From Candidatus Daviesbacteria bacterium (GTDB lineage: Bacteria > Patescibacteriota > Microgenomatia > Daviesbacterales > UBA10151): 64,000 nt of DNA. The position numbers and the translations under genes are program-made. The stretch covers positions 514,619-578,618 of the forward strand of contig CP066688.1 of assembly GCA_016432425.1 (NCBI GenBank), read 5' to 3'. Below are positions 1 through 10,700 of the stretch, piece by piece (position 1 is the stretch's first letter; each line of letters starts with the position of its first letter). The notes beneath the pieces were generated by a model. That model ran no database searches, had not been told where the DNA came from, and was given only the letters and a program-made list of their open reading frames with translations.

Positions 1-1047
1 CAAAGTCCCCAAAATCCCCAGATATTCATTAAACAAGGCCTTGAAGCGGATGTTCCATAAATTGGTCTGGTTTAGCTCAATGGGTTTATAAATAGTGAAA
101 TTAAACAGGGTAGTGGCCGGGCCGCTGCCCCAAAAAGGGCTGTCCCGGAAGCTGGAGGCAGCGATTTTCCAGGAGGGAATAAAGGGCAGTTGCACTTCCC
201 GGGGGAAGTTTTGGGCCTGTTTGCGCAAGGGACTGTTGGTATTAATGTTTGGTAAAAATGAAACTGCCGCCACCAGGGTTACTAACGCCAAAGGCACCAA
301 CAGATAGGGGTAAAACCGGCGGGCCCCGCTGCGGTGGAGGGTTAAAGTCAGCAGTATGGCCACTCCTGCGCCAATATAGGTGGCCCAGACCCCGGTTAAA
401 GCAATCACCATGCTAAATAAAGTTAAGACTGCCGCAGAGAGAGTTTTGTTAATATGGGTGCTGGTAGACAATATATTGTTTAACAAAAACGGCAGCAGCA
501 GCACCAAAACAGCGGTGGTGGAAAAACTGGAGCCGGTGGGAGTAAAGTTTAGTCCTTGGGCAAAGTTGAAAGGTAAAATTTTCACTCCCAGAAAAGTGAG
601 CAGGCTCATGGTGGCCAGGATGATGCCGGAACCCAATAGAGTATTTAAAATACTGCCATAATCGTTTTGTTGCAGGTTATGGACCAGCAAAAAATAAAGT
701 AGGATTAAAGCCCCCCAAGCAGCTAAAGTGCCGTTAACTTGGGGTAAATTGCCGATTGAGGTGCTGACGGAAGAGCTCAGTAAAGTAGAAACAATGGCCA
801 CTACCAGTAAAACCAGTAGGGGTAAGCTCAAAGGGGTAATTTTTAAGATTACTTTGCCTTCCGAGAGGTTTTTTAAGGCAGATAGGATAAGTAGCACTGC
901 CAGAAATACCATCAACCCTAAAAACTTGGGGGTGTCAAAAAACTCAGTGGTCTGGTTGGCAAATAAAAATAGGGTAGACAAAATCAGCAAGAGTGTACCA
1001 AATCTTTGCACTACTGAGAGGGTTTGGCTAATAGTATTAGTATTCAT
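1..1047 (-). CDS. O-antigen ligase-like polytopic membrane protein (3' end runs off the window)
   Basis: Manual translation from ATG at 1047 (MNTNTISQTL...TEFFDTPKF...WKIAASSFRDSPFWGSGPAT...LFNEYL) is open to position 1, has many TM segments and resembles the paralog at 60794..62962. Confidence 0.7.
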   Translation of the reverse strand, partial: MNTNTISQTLSVVQRFGTLLLILSTLFLFANQTTEFFDTPKFLGLMVFLAVLLILSALKNLSEGKVILKITPLSLPLLVLLVVAIVSTLLSSSVSTSIGNLPQVNGTLAAWGALILLYFLLVHNLQQNDYGSILNTLLGSGIILATMSLLTFLGVKILPFNFAQGLNFTPTGSSFSTTAVLVLLLPFLLNNILSTSTHINKTLSAAVLTLFSMVIALTGVWATYIGAGVAILLTLTLHRSGARRFYPYLLVPLALVTLVAAVSFLPNINTNSPLRKQAQNFPREVQLPFIPSWKIAASSFRDSPFWGSGPATTLFNFTIYKPIELNQTNLWNIRFKALFNEYLGILGTL

Positions 1048-1148
1048 ATAACTTAAACGTAAAGGTTTTTCTCCTTATTTGGCAATAGCTATTATCTATA
1101 TCAATCTATAAATTTAGTAATCATCTTTCTAATATAATAATGTAGGAA

Positions 1149-1730
1149 TCAACTATTTCTCGCTTTCAGACGTTTTTTAAAAAGATTTTCTGTAAAACCG
1201 CCTTCACTAATAAAAGCTTTTTCTAAAGCCTGGAGTTGGCGATCAAGTAAGTAGTTGGCCTGGTGAATTAAGGTGAGGAGTAAATTCCCAGCTTTCTCTG
1301 GGCGCGACAGATAGGTCTTATAAGTCTGATAGGTCGTATCTGTCCGATAGGACAGCGCCCGAAGTTCCTTTGCTTCAGGGCTATCTTTGTCCCAGATGGG
1401 TAAAGACCGTTGTCTTAAAAAATCCTCGTAGTCAATGAGCAGCTCTTCTAAAGAAGCCCTGGCCACTCCTACCAGTTTAATTTCTGTTTTTTTAGAAGTT
1501 GCAGAGGCTTGGGATCCTTCGGCAATGTTTTGTCTGCCGGACCTGGCCGCCTGCACCATTTGGTCAGTGGTTCTAGAACGGGGGTTAATATACAATCGGA
1601 CAAATTCGACAGTTAGGTCATATATGAGAGTGGTGGTTTGGTAAGAGTGGAGAGTCCGGTAACCACCATGCCCTTGTTTTTTATTAGTCGTATCGGTCTG
1701 ATATGTCATATTGGTCTTATTGGCTTTCAT
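1149..1730 (-). CDS. Four-helix-bundle protein (23S rRNA IVP/bAvd-like superfamily, four helix bundle suffix type)
   Basis: Motifs GGYRxL, DQMVQAARSGRQNIAEGS, LVGVARASLEELLxDYEDFLR, EGGFTENL; overlaps the 3' end of the giant gene by 14 bp. Confidence 0.85.
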   Translation of the reverse strand: MKANKTNMTYQTDTTNKKQGHGGYRTLHSYQTTTLIYDLTVEFVRLYINPRSRTTDQMVQAARSGRQNIAEGSQASATSKKTEIKLVGVARASLEELLIDYEDFLRQRSLPIWDKDSPEAKELRALSYRTDTTYQTYKTYLSRPEKAGNLLLTLIHQANYLLDRQLQALEKAFISEGGFTENLFKKRLKARNS

Positions 1731-4700
1731 TTATTATAAACCAGTCAAAGTTAATGTCAGAAGCGGTAGTGAGGGGGACAGAGACAGTAAAACTCTGGTT
1801 TGCTGTCTTTGATAGGACTGATAATGACTGATCTGTCAGATTAGTTGCAGTTACCAACACCCTGGAGTTTAACTTGATTAGGGGAGTAGCAATATCTACA
1901 GATTTAGTTCCGGCCGGAATTTTACCTGTTCCCACAGAGGCTCCGGCTACTGCCTGGTATTCTTTAGCCGATACAGTTTGAGCTGTTAAAATACCTTCCT
2001 TATTTATAGTGACCTTACCATTAAAGATATCTACTAAACTGGCTAGTGGTGAATTTTGAATATACAAAATTCCATTTGTCAAATTAGTCAAATTGGTCTC
2101 ATCAGACCAATAAGAGTTAATGGAGTTTCCGGTAATGGCCAGTGTTCCATCCACTGTGAAATCACCGGCTACTAAGGTATTCCCTAAGGTAGTATGACCT
2201 AAAGATTTAAAGCTGTTTTGAATTTCTGCATCATAGGCAGTTAATTTACCGGAAAAAGTAGCCTCGGAAGTTACTTTAAGATTGGCCAAAGTGGCTGAAC
2301 CAGTGGCCAGCAAAGTATCCGGTGGAGTCAGGTCCAGGCATTCCACCCCCGAGGTGTAATCGCATTTTTTCACCTCGGGGGTGTTTTTAGCTAGCTGGGC
2401 TGAGAGGGAAGCTATTTGGTCGGCTAAGGATTTGGTAGTGGCAGATTGGGTGGCAATGGTAGTTTGCAGATCTGCCAGGGCTCCGGACTGGGTGGCCACC
2501 TTGGCTTCCAGGTTTTGCAGGGACCTGGCCACATCAATACCAAAGCTGATACCTCCATTGATAGAGGTGGCAGATTCATAGGCCAGAACAGAATCCTGAG
2601 CCGGAGGAGTGACATTAAAGTTATAATTTAGCACCAGTTTATCTGCTTTAACACTTGGCATAATTAAGTTGCCTTGATCATCTACAGATAAGGAAGAGAG
2701 GAAATCTCCGGGATCAGCCCAGGAAACATTAACAAAAGTCATAATCTTGCCCTGGCAATTCACCTCGGGGGAGTCAGAGCCCACCCCCGAGGTGTTACAA
2801 CTGAATGCTTCCAGTGCCTTCCCCACAGTTGGGCCGGGACGGGTGGCTTTCATAGCCACACCCGGAGTGGAGGAGGAAGTCAGATAATCTCCCACCTCAA
2901 TGGGGCCATTTTCTGAGGAAACCTTGGTAGGTACTCTTCCTGCCAAAGCTAACATGACAGGCTTGGCTGTTTTTCCTTGCAGGTCCGGGGCTTCCTCATC
3001 CCCTAAAACCAGCCCAGGCTTGGTAGTCATAATGCCCAAAACTTTACCATCATAAGCCTTATCAGATTTCTTAAAACCAATACCCGGTAAATCCGGATCA
3101 GCCACCACCACATCAGCTGCCTCCAGGCTCATATCCAAAGAATAATAAACCTCTGCCAAATCAGCCCCAGTTCCACCGGTCACTGTCCAAACTATCATTT
3201 CACCCCTACCCCCAGCCGCACCAGAACCACCCGTATTAGTGCCTCCACCTCCACCTCCACCTCCACCTCCAGGCACACCACTTGCACCTCCAGCCCCACC
3301 AGTACCGGAATCCTGTGCTCCACCCCCACCCCCACCACTTCCACCTCTGAGAGTACCAGCGCTGCCAGCACCTCCGGCACCGCCATTAGTAGTACCGGCA
3401 GTACCTCCTCCGCCAGACGAATAAGAGTTGCCGCTACCACCTGCTCCACCAGCAGTTTCGGTATTGGAGCTATTAAGTCCACCACCACCCCCACCACCTG
3501 CGCCTCCCCAGCGGGAGCTACCACCTGCAACACCATCACCTCCTGCTCCACCTCCACCTCCACCTCCTCCTCCTCCAAAGTCAGCGCTTCCACCTCCACC
3601 AGGACCACCACTCCCACCACTTGCTCCAGCACTGCCGGTGACACTTGCACCACTTGTTGCACCCCCATCATTAGTTCCACCTCCACCACCGCCTGGAGTA
3701 CCATTCCCTATACAACAGTCTCCACCTTGGGAACCACCAGTACCACCTTTACCACCTAAAGCAGTAAACCAACTACTGCCAAAGGTGGTATCCCCCCCAT
3801 TACCCCCAGTACCGCCATTACTGCTTGATCCAGCAGTCCCTGCAGTCCCAGCTGTTCCGATGCTTACTGTTTCGGTTGATCCGACAGATGCAGCGTTAAA
3901 TATTCCCCTCTCAAAGTGGCCACCTCCTCCACCCCCACCACCATTTCGTCTGGTTCCGGCAGCTGCTCCTGCTCCACCCCCCCCTCCACCACCTGCACCG
4001 ATAGCTTGCACAACTACTAATATTGCTCCACTTGGTTTGGTATAAGTACCATTAGCAGTGAAGGTTTGCACGCTGGCTCCGGCATCAGTGCCGCAGGCCA
4101 AGACTCCGGAGGAGTTAGTGTCAATAGTGTTGCAGGAAACCAGTCCGGAAAAAGTAATGGTGCCGGAGGAGGTAATACCGGTCAGGCCCGAGGCAACACC
4201 GGCCCCTGTGACATCCCAGGTATTGCTGTTGATGACGACGTTATCACCGTTGTCCCCTAAATTAACAACACCGTTAGCGGTCAAGGTGCCGTTGGCGGTA
4301 ATCGTACCGGAAGCAGTCAGGGCGGCTGCGGTGATTGTGCCGGTAAGTGTTGGTGATGCGCTCATAACCACGTTGCCTGTTCCGGTAATGGCATTGGAAA
4401 CTAAATTCTTGGATGCATCTGTAAAAACAGCCTGGGAAGCAGTCAGACCGGAGAAGTTAATAGTGCCGGAGGAGGTAATACCGGTGGCGCCGGTGATGGC
4501 TCCGGCCCCGCTAATATCAATGGAGCCGGAGTTTAGGATATTGCCCAAGGTGCCGGTAATTAAGATACCGTCTGTGATGGTGCCTGCGGTTTCTGCAATC
4601 TGTATGGCATTGGTGAGGGTGCCGGCCCCTGTTTGTTCTATCAGCAGCCCATTGGTAACTGTTTCATTAATATCCCGGTTATCTATATGCTGCATGGTTT

Positions 4701-7700
4701 CCAAGGTGCCTGTGGTTAACGAGTCATTTAAGTTGGCTATGACAAAAGCTCTTTGGGTGCTGGCATCTGTGGTGGCATCATTGGTGAAAGTGATAGTTAA
4801 ACCGTCAAAAGCAGCAGCAGTGGCTGCCGTATTCCAATCAAGAGTCTGGACTGTTTCTGCCATGGCTATTGCCCCATTGCCTGTTGGGTCGCCAATGGTG
4901 TTCCAGGTGGTTCCTCCTCCGCCAAAGCTGGCCCAGGTATTGGTATCAGTGCAGCCTTTGTAGGCATTGTCAAAATCATTAAAATAGATATCACCCACGC
5001 TGCAGCTGGCCGGGTCTCCGGTGTCTGTTTTGCCTGCTGAAACATTAACAAAAGAATAAGTTCCCTGGTCTTTTAAGGCCAGCATGGCATTGGTGCCGTC
5101 ATTAAAAGTCAAAGTCCCGGCATTGGCAAAAGAGAGAATAGGGGTGGAGTCGGCAAAGTTAATATCCGTGTCCCAGGTGGTGCCGATAGTTAAGGCAGTG
5201 TCAGTCCCATTGGAGGTGGTAATGTTGTCAATCTTAATGGCGTTGATAGTGCCGCCGGCAGTGGTGGTGGCGGGAGGGGTAATGAGCAGGCCGTTTAAAG
5301 TGCCGGCCCCTACTGCAGTCATGGAAGCAGAGAGCATATTTTCTGTGCCTCCGGTAGTGATGGTGCCGTTTGATACTAATACTCCTGAGGCAGTGATGGT
5401 GCCGCCAGCTGACTGGGTAATATTAGGCAGCTGGATATTGGCTCCTCTCCAGGCAAAAGAGCCGGCTGTAGCATTGGTAATGGCTCCGGTGGTACCTAAA
5501 TTAAAGCCGGTATAGACTGTATCATTGGAAGTAGTGGAGGCAACCGGCAACTGGAGATCGTATCCGGTGATATTTTGGCCGGCAGCCGGGGTAGTGAGGT
5601 TGGTATTGAGATTAAGAGACATGCCTGTAATGGTGGCTGCTCCCTGGGTGGTGGCTCCTCCAAAGTCGGCATTGACCAGGGTGCCCGAGGTCCAGGCGGT
5701 TTCTAAGGTAAAGTCCAAATATGTGCCGGTGGTTTGAGGGTCAATGGTGACGGCGCCGGTTGCTCCGGCCACATCAAAGTAGGTCAGATCAATGTTGGCG
5801 GTGGTACCGATAATATTGTTGTCGCCGATATTTAAGGAGTTGGTGTAGTCGGTGTCTGTTATGGTGATTGCGGTGGTTACTGCCGCGTCCGGGCTGAACG
5901 TCATGGCTCCGGTTGCGGTTAACTGCACATTCTGGGCGGTGATAATTAAATCTTCGCCTGCCGCGTCTCCGCCTGAAGCGTTAAGAGTAAGCGTTCCTGA
6001 CGTGGTGGTGGAAATGGAGAGGTCTCCAGATGTTGAGTTAATGCTCCTGGTCCCTGCCCCGGCAATTTCAATGGCATCCCCTGTGCCGGCATTCTCTACA
6101 TGAAGAACGTCTCCCGAGGAGGTTGAGTAGTTCTGGTCAACCACCAGGACATTACCGGTATGGGTTAGGGTTCCTGTAGTTTGTGTAGAAGTATCGGAAA
6201 TTGATACCAGTGCTCCTGAAACTGTTAAGGTAGAGGCAAAAAGGGAGTTGGTGGTGACTGACCTGCTTATATCTAATACTTGTCCCGAGATTGCGGGGGT
6301 AGTTACTGCTGTGGAGTAGGTAGGAGAGAAGGAGATGTTGGCAGTATCAGCAGATAAGGTGGTGTCGGTGGCAGCGGTTGCTGATTGGGCCACATTCAAA
6401 AGCACCCCCGAGTCAATGGCATTGCTAGTTGAGGTAATATCCAAACCCTTGCCGGTGGTTAAGGCGTCAACCGAGAGAGTCAGAGCCGTCCCGCTGGAGA
6501 TACTGTCTGTGGTTATATCAATGGCATTAACAGTGGCTGCTCCACTGTTTATATCAAAGGTGGTGGCTACCCCGGTATTACCCAGAGTAATGGCATCAGC
6601 ATTGGTGGCACCGGTGCCGATATTGATGGTATCGCCAGCAGTACCGGTGCCTAAATTAATAGTTTTGGTGGTATTGGCAGTAAACAGGTTGCCGGTGGTG
6701 GTCGAGGAACCGGCCACCGGTAGGTCTAAGGTTACAGAGGTGGTTGTATCAGATGTTGATATATTGAGATAGTTATCTGTGCCTTGCTGAATATCCAGAG
6801 CATCAGCTAAATTATCAGGAATATTGCCGGTGATGCCGGCATTAGAGGTGGCATTAATGGTGACTCCGTCATCACCTGTGATGGTTAACAGGCCATTTGA
6901 GGTAGACCAGGTGGAGGCATTGTTAGCAGTTAGGGTAAGAGCTTGGGCTGCTCCGGCAGCCACAGTTAAAGCCCCGCCGGCAGGACCGGTAATGGTGGCA
7001 GCCCCATCTGCATCCACAAAAGTAATATCTCCCACACTACTAAACTGGATGGAATCTGTACCGTTACCTATTTCTAAAGGTGCAGATGGGGTAGCGTCCC
7101 CAATGCCCACATTACCATTTTCCACAATCAGCCCATAATTGGCAGTAGTAGCCCCGGAAGCTGAAAAATATCCGGCTACATTGGTGCCTGATGTGGCATT
7201 GGTATTGGTAACTGCAGAATATATGCCATAAGCTGTATGGGCCAGTTGGGCATTGGCTCCGGATCGGGCCAGATTTAATAACTTTGATGTTCCTGATGCT
7301 CCTCCTGCAGTTGAGGTTGAAGAGACATCCACAGCAGTACCGGTTGAGAGGGCATCAGCGGAAATGATCAAAGCTGTACCTGTTGAGATTGAGTCAGCCA
7401 GATAGGACAAAGGATTGGTTGTTGTAGCTGTGGTGTTAATGGTAGTGGTCTCATCAATATCCAAAGTATTATCCAAATCATCAAAATCTATACAGTCAGT
7501 ACAGTTGAAGGCTGTCACATCAGTGGCTGTCAGGGTGGTAGCCCCGCCCAGAGTTAAGGTATCTGTGGAGTGAGTTAAAGTCACATCACCGTTGTTAAAA
7601 TTAATTACTCCACCACTGGCTAAAAACAGATCAGACCACATCAGGGCAGTAGTGCCTAAAGCATTACCATCAGAGGTGGAGGGGGAAAGGGAGGTGGCAT

Positions 7701-10700
7701 CAAGTGTTAGCTCATTAGTCCCCCCGATACCAATCTCTAAAGAGGTGGTGGCATTAATATCGCTGTCCCAGCCAGTTCCTATTGACAAAGCAGTGGTTGC
7801 TGAGTTGGTGGTAGTGGTGTTGCCAATGTTTACTGCAGTAAAAGTATCTGCATCAGTAGATTCTGTCCAGGTAATGTTTAACCCGGTATTTGCATCTGCC
7901 CCGGTATCTGCAGTTGAAGTTACTGCTATGGTCAATCCATTGATGGCATTTACTGATGTGCCTGCAATATTTGCCACATCTCCTGCATTAGCCCCAGTCT
8001 TGGATATATTGGCAGTGTCTCCGCCGTCCAAGGTGACATTAAAGTCTCCACCTGATAGATCTAAATCACCATCGTTAACTAAAATATCTCCAGCTGTAAT
8101 GTATAGGGCATCTGTTCCATCAGCAGAACCTGCTATAACCAGGTTTCCCTCTGTTGGGCTAGAGTCCCCAATGCCCACATTACCATTTAGGAAAGTGGCA
8201 GCATAAGTAGTATCAGAGGCATTGGCAGTGGATACATCAACATATAATCCATAAACAGTGTTGGCCAAGGATCCTGCATCTGTTAAACCAATATCAAAAA
8301 CCCTTAAGGTATTGGCATTGGTTGAGGGGGAGTTAGTGATGTTTATATCCATTGCAGACTGTGTCCCGCCGGCAGTTGGTGTATAAGTGGCTGTTAAATC
8401 AAAGATGTCCCCGGTGGTGTGGGCAGCAGAGGTTGCCAGTACCAAAAGCGGTTGGGTAGTTAAAGAGGTAGTGCCTGTTAAGTTAATTGAAGAGTTAAAA
8501 TCCAGCTCATCATTGGTGGAGTCCCATAAAATGACAGCATTGGGGGTGGTGTCGCCGCGCTCAAACGCCAGCGAAGCATCTTCGGTATCGAGGGTGTTGT
8601 TATCAGAGTTGATGGTCCAGGAGCTGGAGGTGGTGGAACCACCTGTCACTGTTCCTGCTAGATTGGTCGCATCAACTGTATCAAACCAACCGGTGGCAAA
8701 GCGGGTGCCGGAGGAGCCAACATCAGTCCCTGCGCCTTGCGCTAAGATATCAGAGCCTGTTGACATTTGGATGTTACCCCCAAATTGGGCAGCCCAGTTG
8801 GTGGTGGCACCTGAGGCTGTGAAATAGCCGCCGATATTGGTGCTGGTAGTGCCGGTATTGGTGACAGCAGAGTAGAGCCCATAAGCTGTGTGGGTGGCAT
8901 TGGCATTAGCACCGGAGCGGGCCAGATTAAGTAAAATTGAGGATGAAGAACCTGTCCCTGCGGTGGAGCTTGATGCCAGATTAACTAACCCGTTGGTGGT
9001 GCCATTGCCGGTCCAGGTATTGCCGGTGGTGGCAATATCCAAAAGCCTGCCTGTGGTGACAGCATCAGTGGTCAGATACAGACCGGTTCCTGAAGTGATG
9101 GCGGTGGCATCAAAGACAAAACCAGAGGTAGTGGTGGCACCTGTTGCCACATTGGAGGTAAAAGTTTGAGAGCCGGTGCCGGAGGTTAAAGCCAGGGAAC
9201 TGGTAGAGGCATTGTTGCCGATGGTGATAGTGTCTGCTCCTGTTCCACCAGTACCAATATTGATGGTATCTGCCCCTGTTGCACCGGTGCCGGCCATGTT
9301 GATGGTGTGAGTTCCGGAACCGGAACCTAGGTTGATGGCAGTGTAGTTGCCTGAACCATTACCCAGATCCAGCAGAGTGGTGGCAGCTCCACCCAAAGAG
9401 AGAGTGGTGGCTGTGGCGTTAAAGATGGTGGCAGTTGTTGTAGTTGTTGTTATATCAGCAGAAGTTGCGCCATTAACAGCCAGGTCTCCGGTGATGGTAG
9501 TATCAGCATCGAATGAATACCCGGAAGAGGCCCCGGCAAAAGCCAGGGTATCTGTGGAATGGGTTAAAGTTACATCCCCATTATTAAAGTTAACTACTCC
9601 ACCACTGGCTAAAAACAGATCAGACCACATCAGGGCAGTAGTGCCCAGGGCATTCCCGTCAGAGGTGGAGGGGGAAAGGGCAGTGGCAGTTAAGGTCAGT
9701 TCATTACTCCCCCCAATCCCCAGGTAAAGGGTGCCGGCGCTGTTTAGGGATAAATCACCTGAGGTGGCTGTGGAGATAGTTAAGTTCCCAGAGGTATTAG
9801 TCCAGGCAGAGGTGCCGCCGGAAGCCAAAGTTAGCGCTCCGGTGGAATTGCCCAGGGTGGTGGTGGAACCGGCTCCGGTAGAATAGGTATGAGCTCCTGA
9901 TGCTCCGGTGCCTAAGGTGGTATTACCGGAGGAGGTCAGGGTGGTGAAAGCCCCGGTCCCGGCAGTAGTGGCCCCAAGGGAAACAAAGTTGGCAGCCCCG
10001 GCCCCGGTAATATTCCAGTTGTCATCATTTAAAGCCAGGGAAGAGGAGGCAGTGGTGGTACCGATGGTAATGGAGTTGGCCACCGCTCCTGTGCCAATGG
10101 CGATAGTATCTGCTGTAGTTATTCCGGTGCCAATGTTAATGGTATCAGCAGCAGTACCGGTGCCTAAATTAATGGTCTTGGTGGTATTGGCAGTAAAAAG
10201 ATTACCGGTGGTGGTAGAGGAGCCGGCTACCGGTAAATCAATGGTTACAGAGGTAGTAGTATCAGAAGTAGATATATTGATATAGTTATCAGTGCCTTGC
10301 TGGATATCCAAGGCAGGAGAAGTGTTATCTGGAAGATTGATGGTGGTAGTACCACTGATGGTTAAGGTATCAGAGGTGGCATTGCCCAAGGTGGTGTTGC
10401 TGTCAACTGTTAAATTGCCGGTAGTGGACAGGTCTCCGCCGGTTGATAAAGTTGTACCTTGGACTGTTAAAGATTGGGCAATGGTGACTGAACCGGAAAA
10501 ATCCCCGTCTTTTCCCCACAGTTTATTCCAGCGGGTAGAAGATGAGCCCAGATTATAGAAACTGTCACTGAGCGGATTAAGGTTAGTCCCGACTGACCCG
10601 CTTAAATTAACAGTGCCGTTGAAAGTGGCTGCATCACTGATAGTCATCTTGCCGGCAAAATTGGCATTACCTTCTTTGTCAATGGAGGAGTTAGACAAAT

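Noticed and set aside
95-1051. Plus-strand ORFs 95..307, 380..661, 728..1051
   Set aside because: Antisense to the continuous minus-strand membrane protein gene
1149-1730. Diversity-generating retroelement (Avd-like gene beside a fibre gene)
   Set aside because: No reverse transcriptase, and I saw no template/variable repeat pair differing specifically at adenines; the giant gene's internal duplications look like ordinary domain repeats
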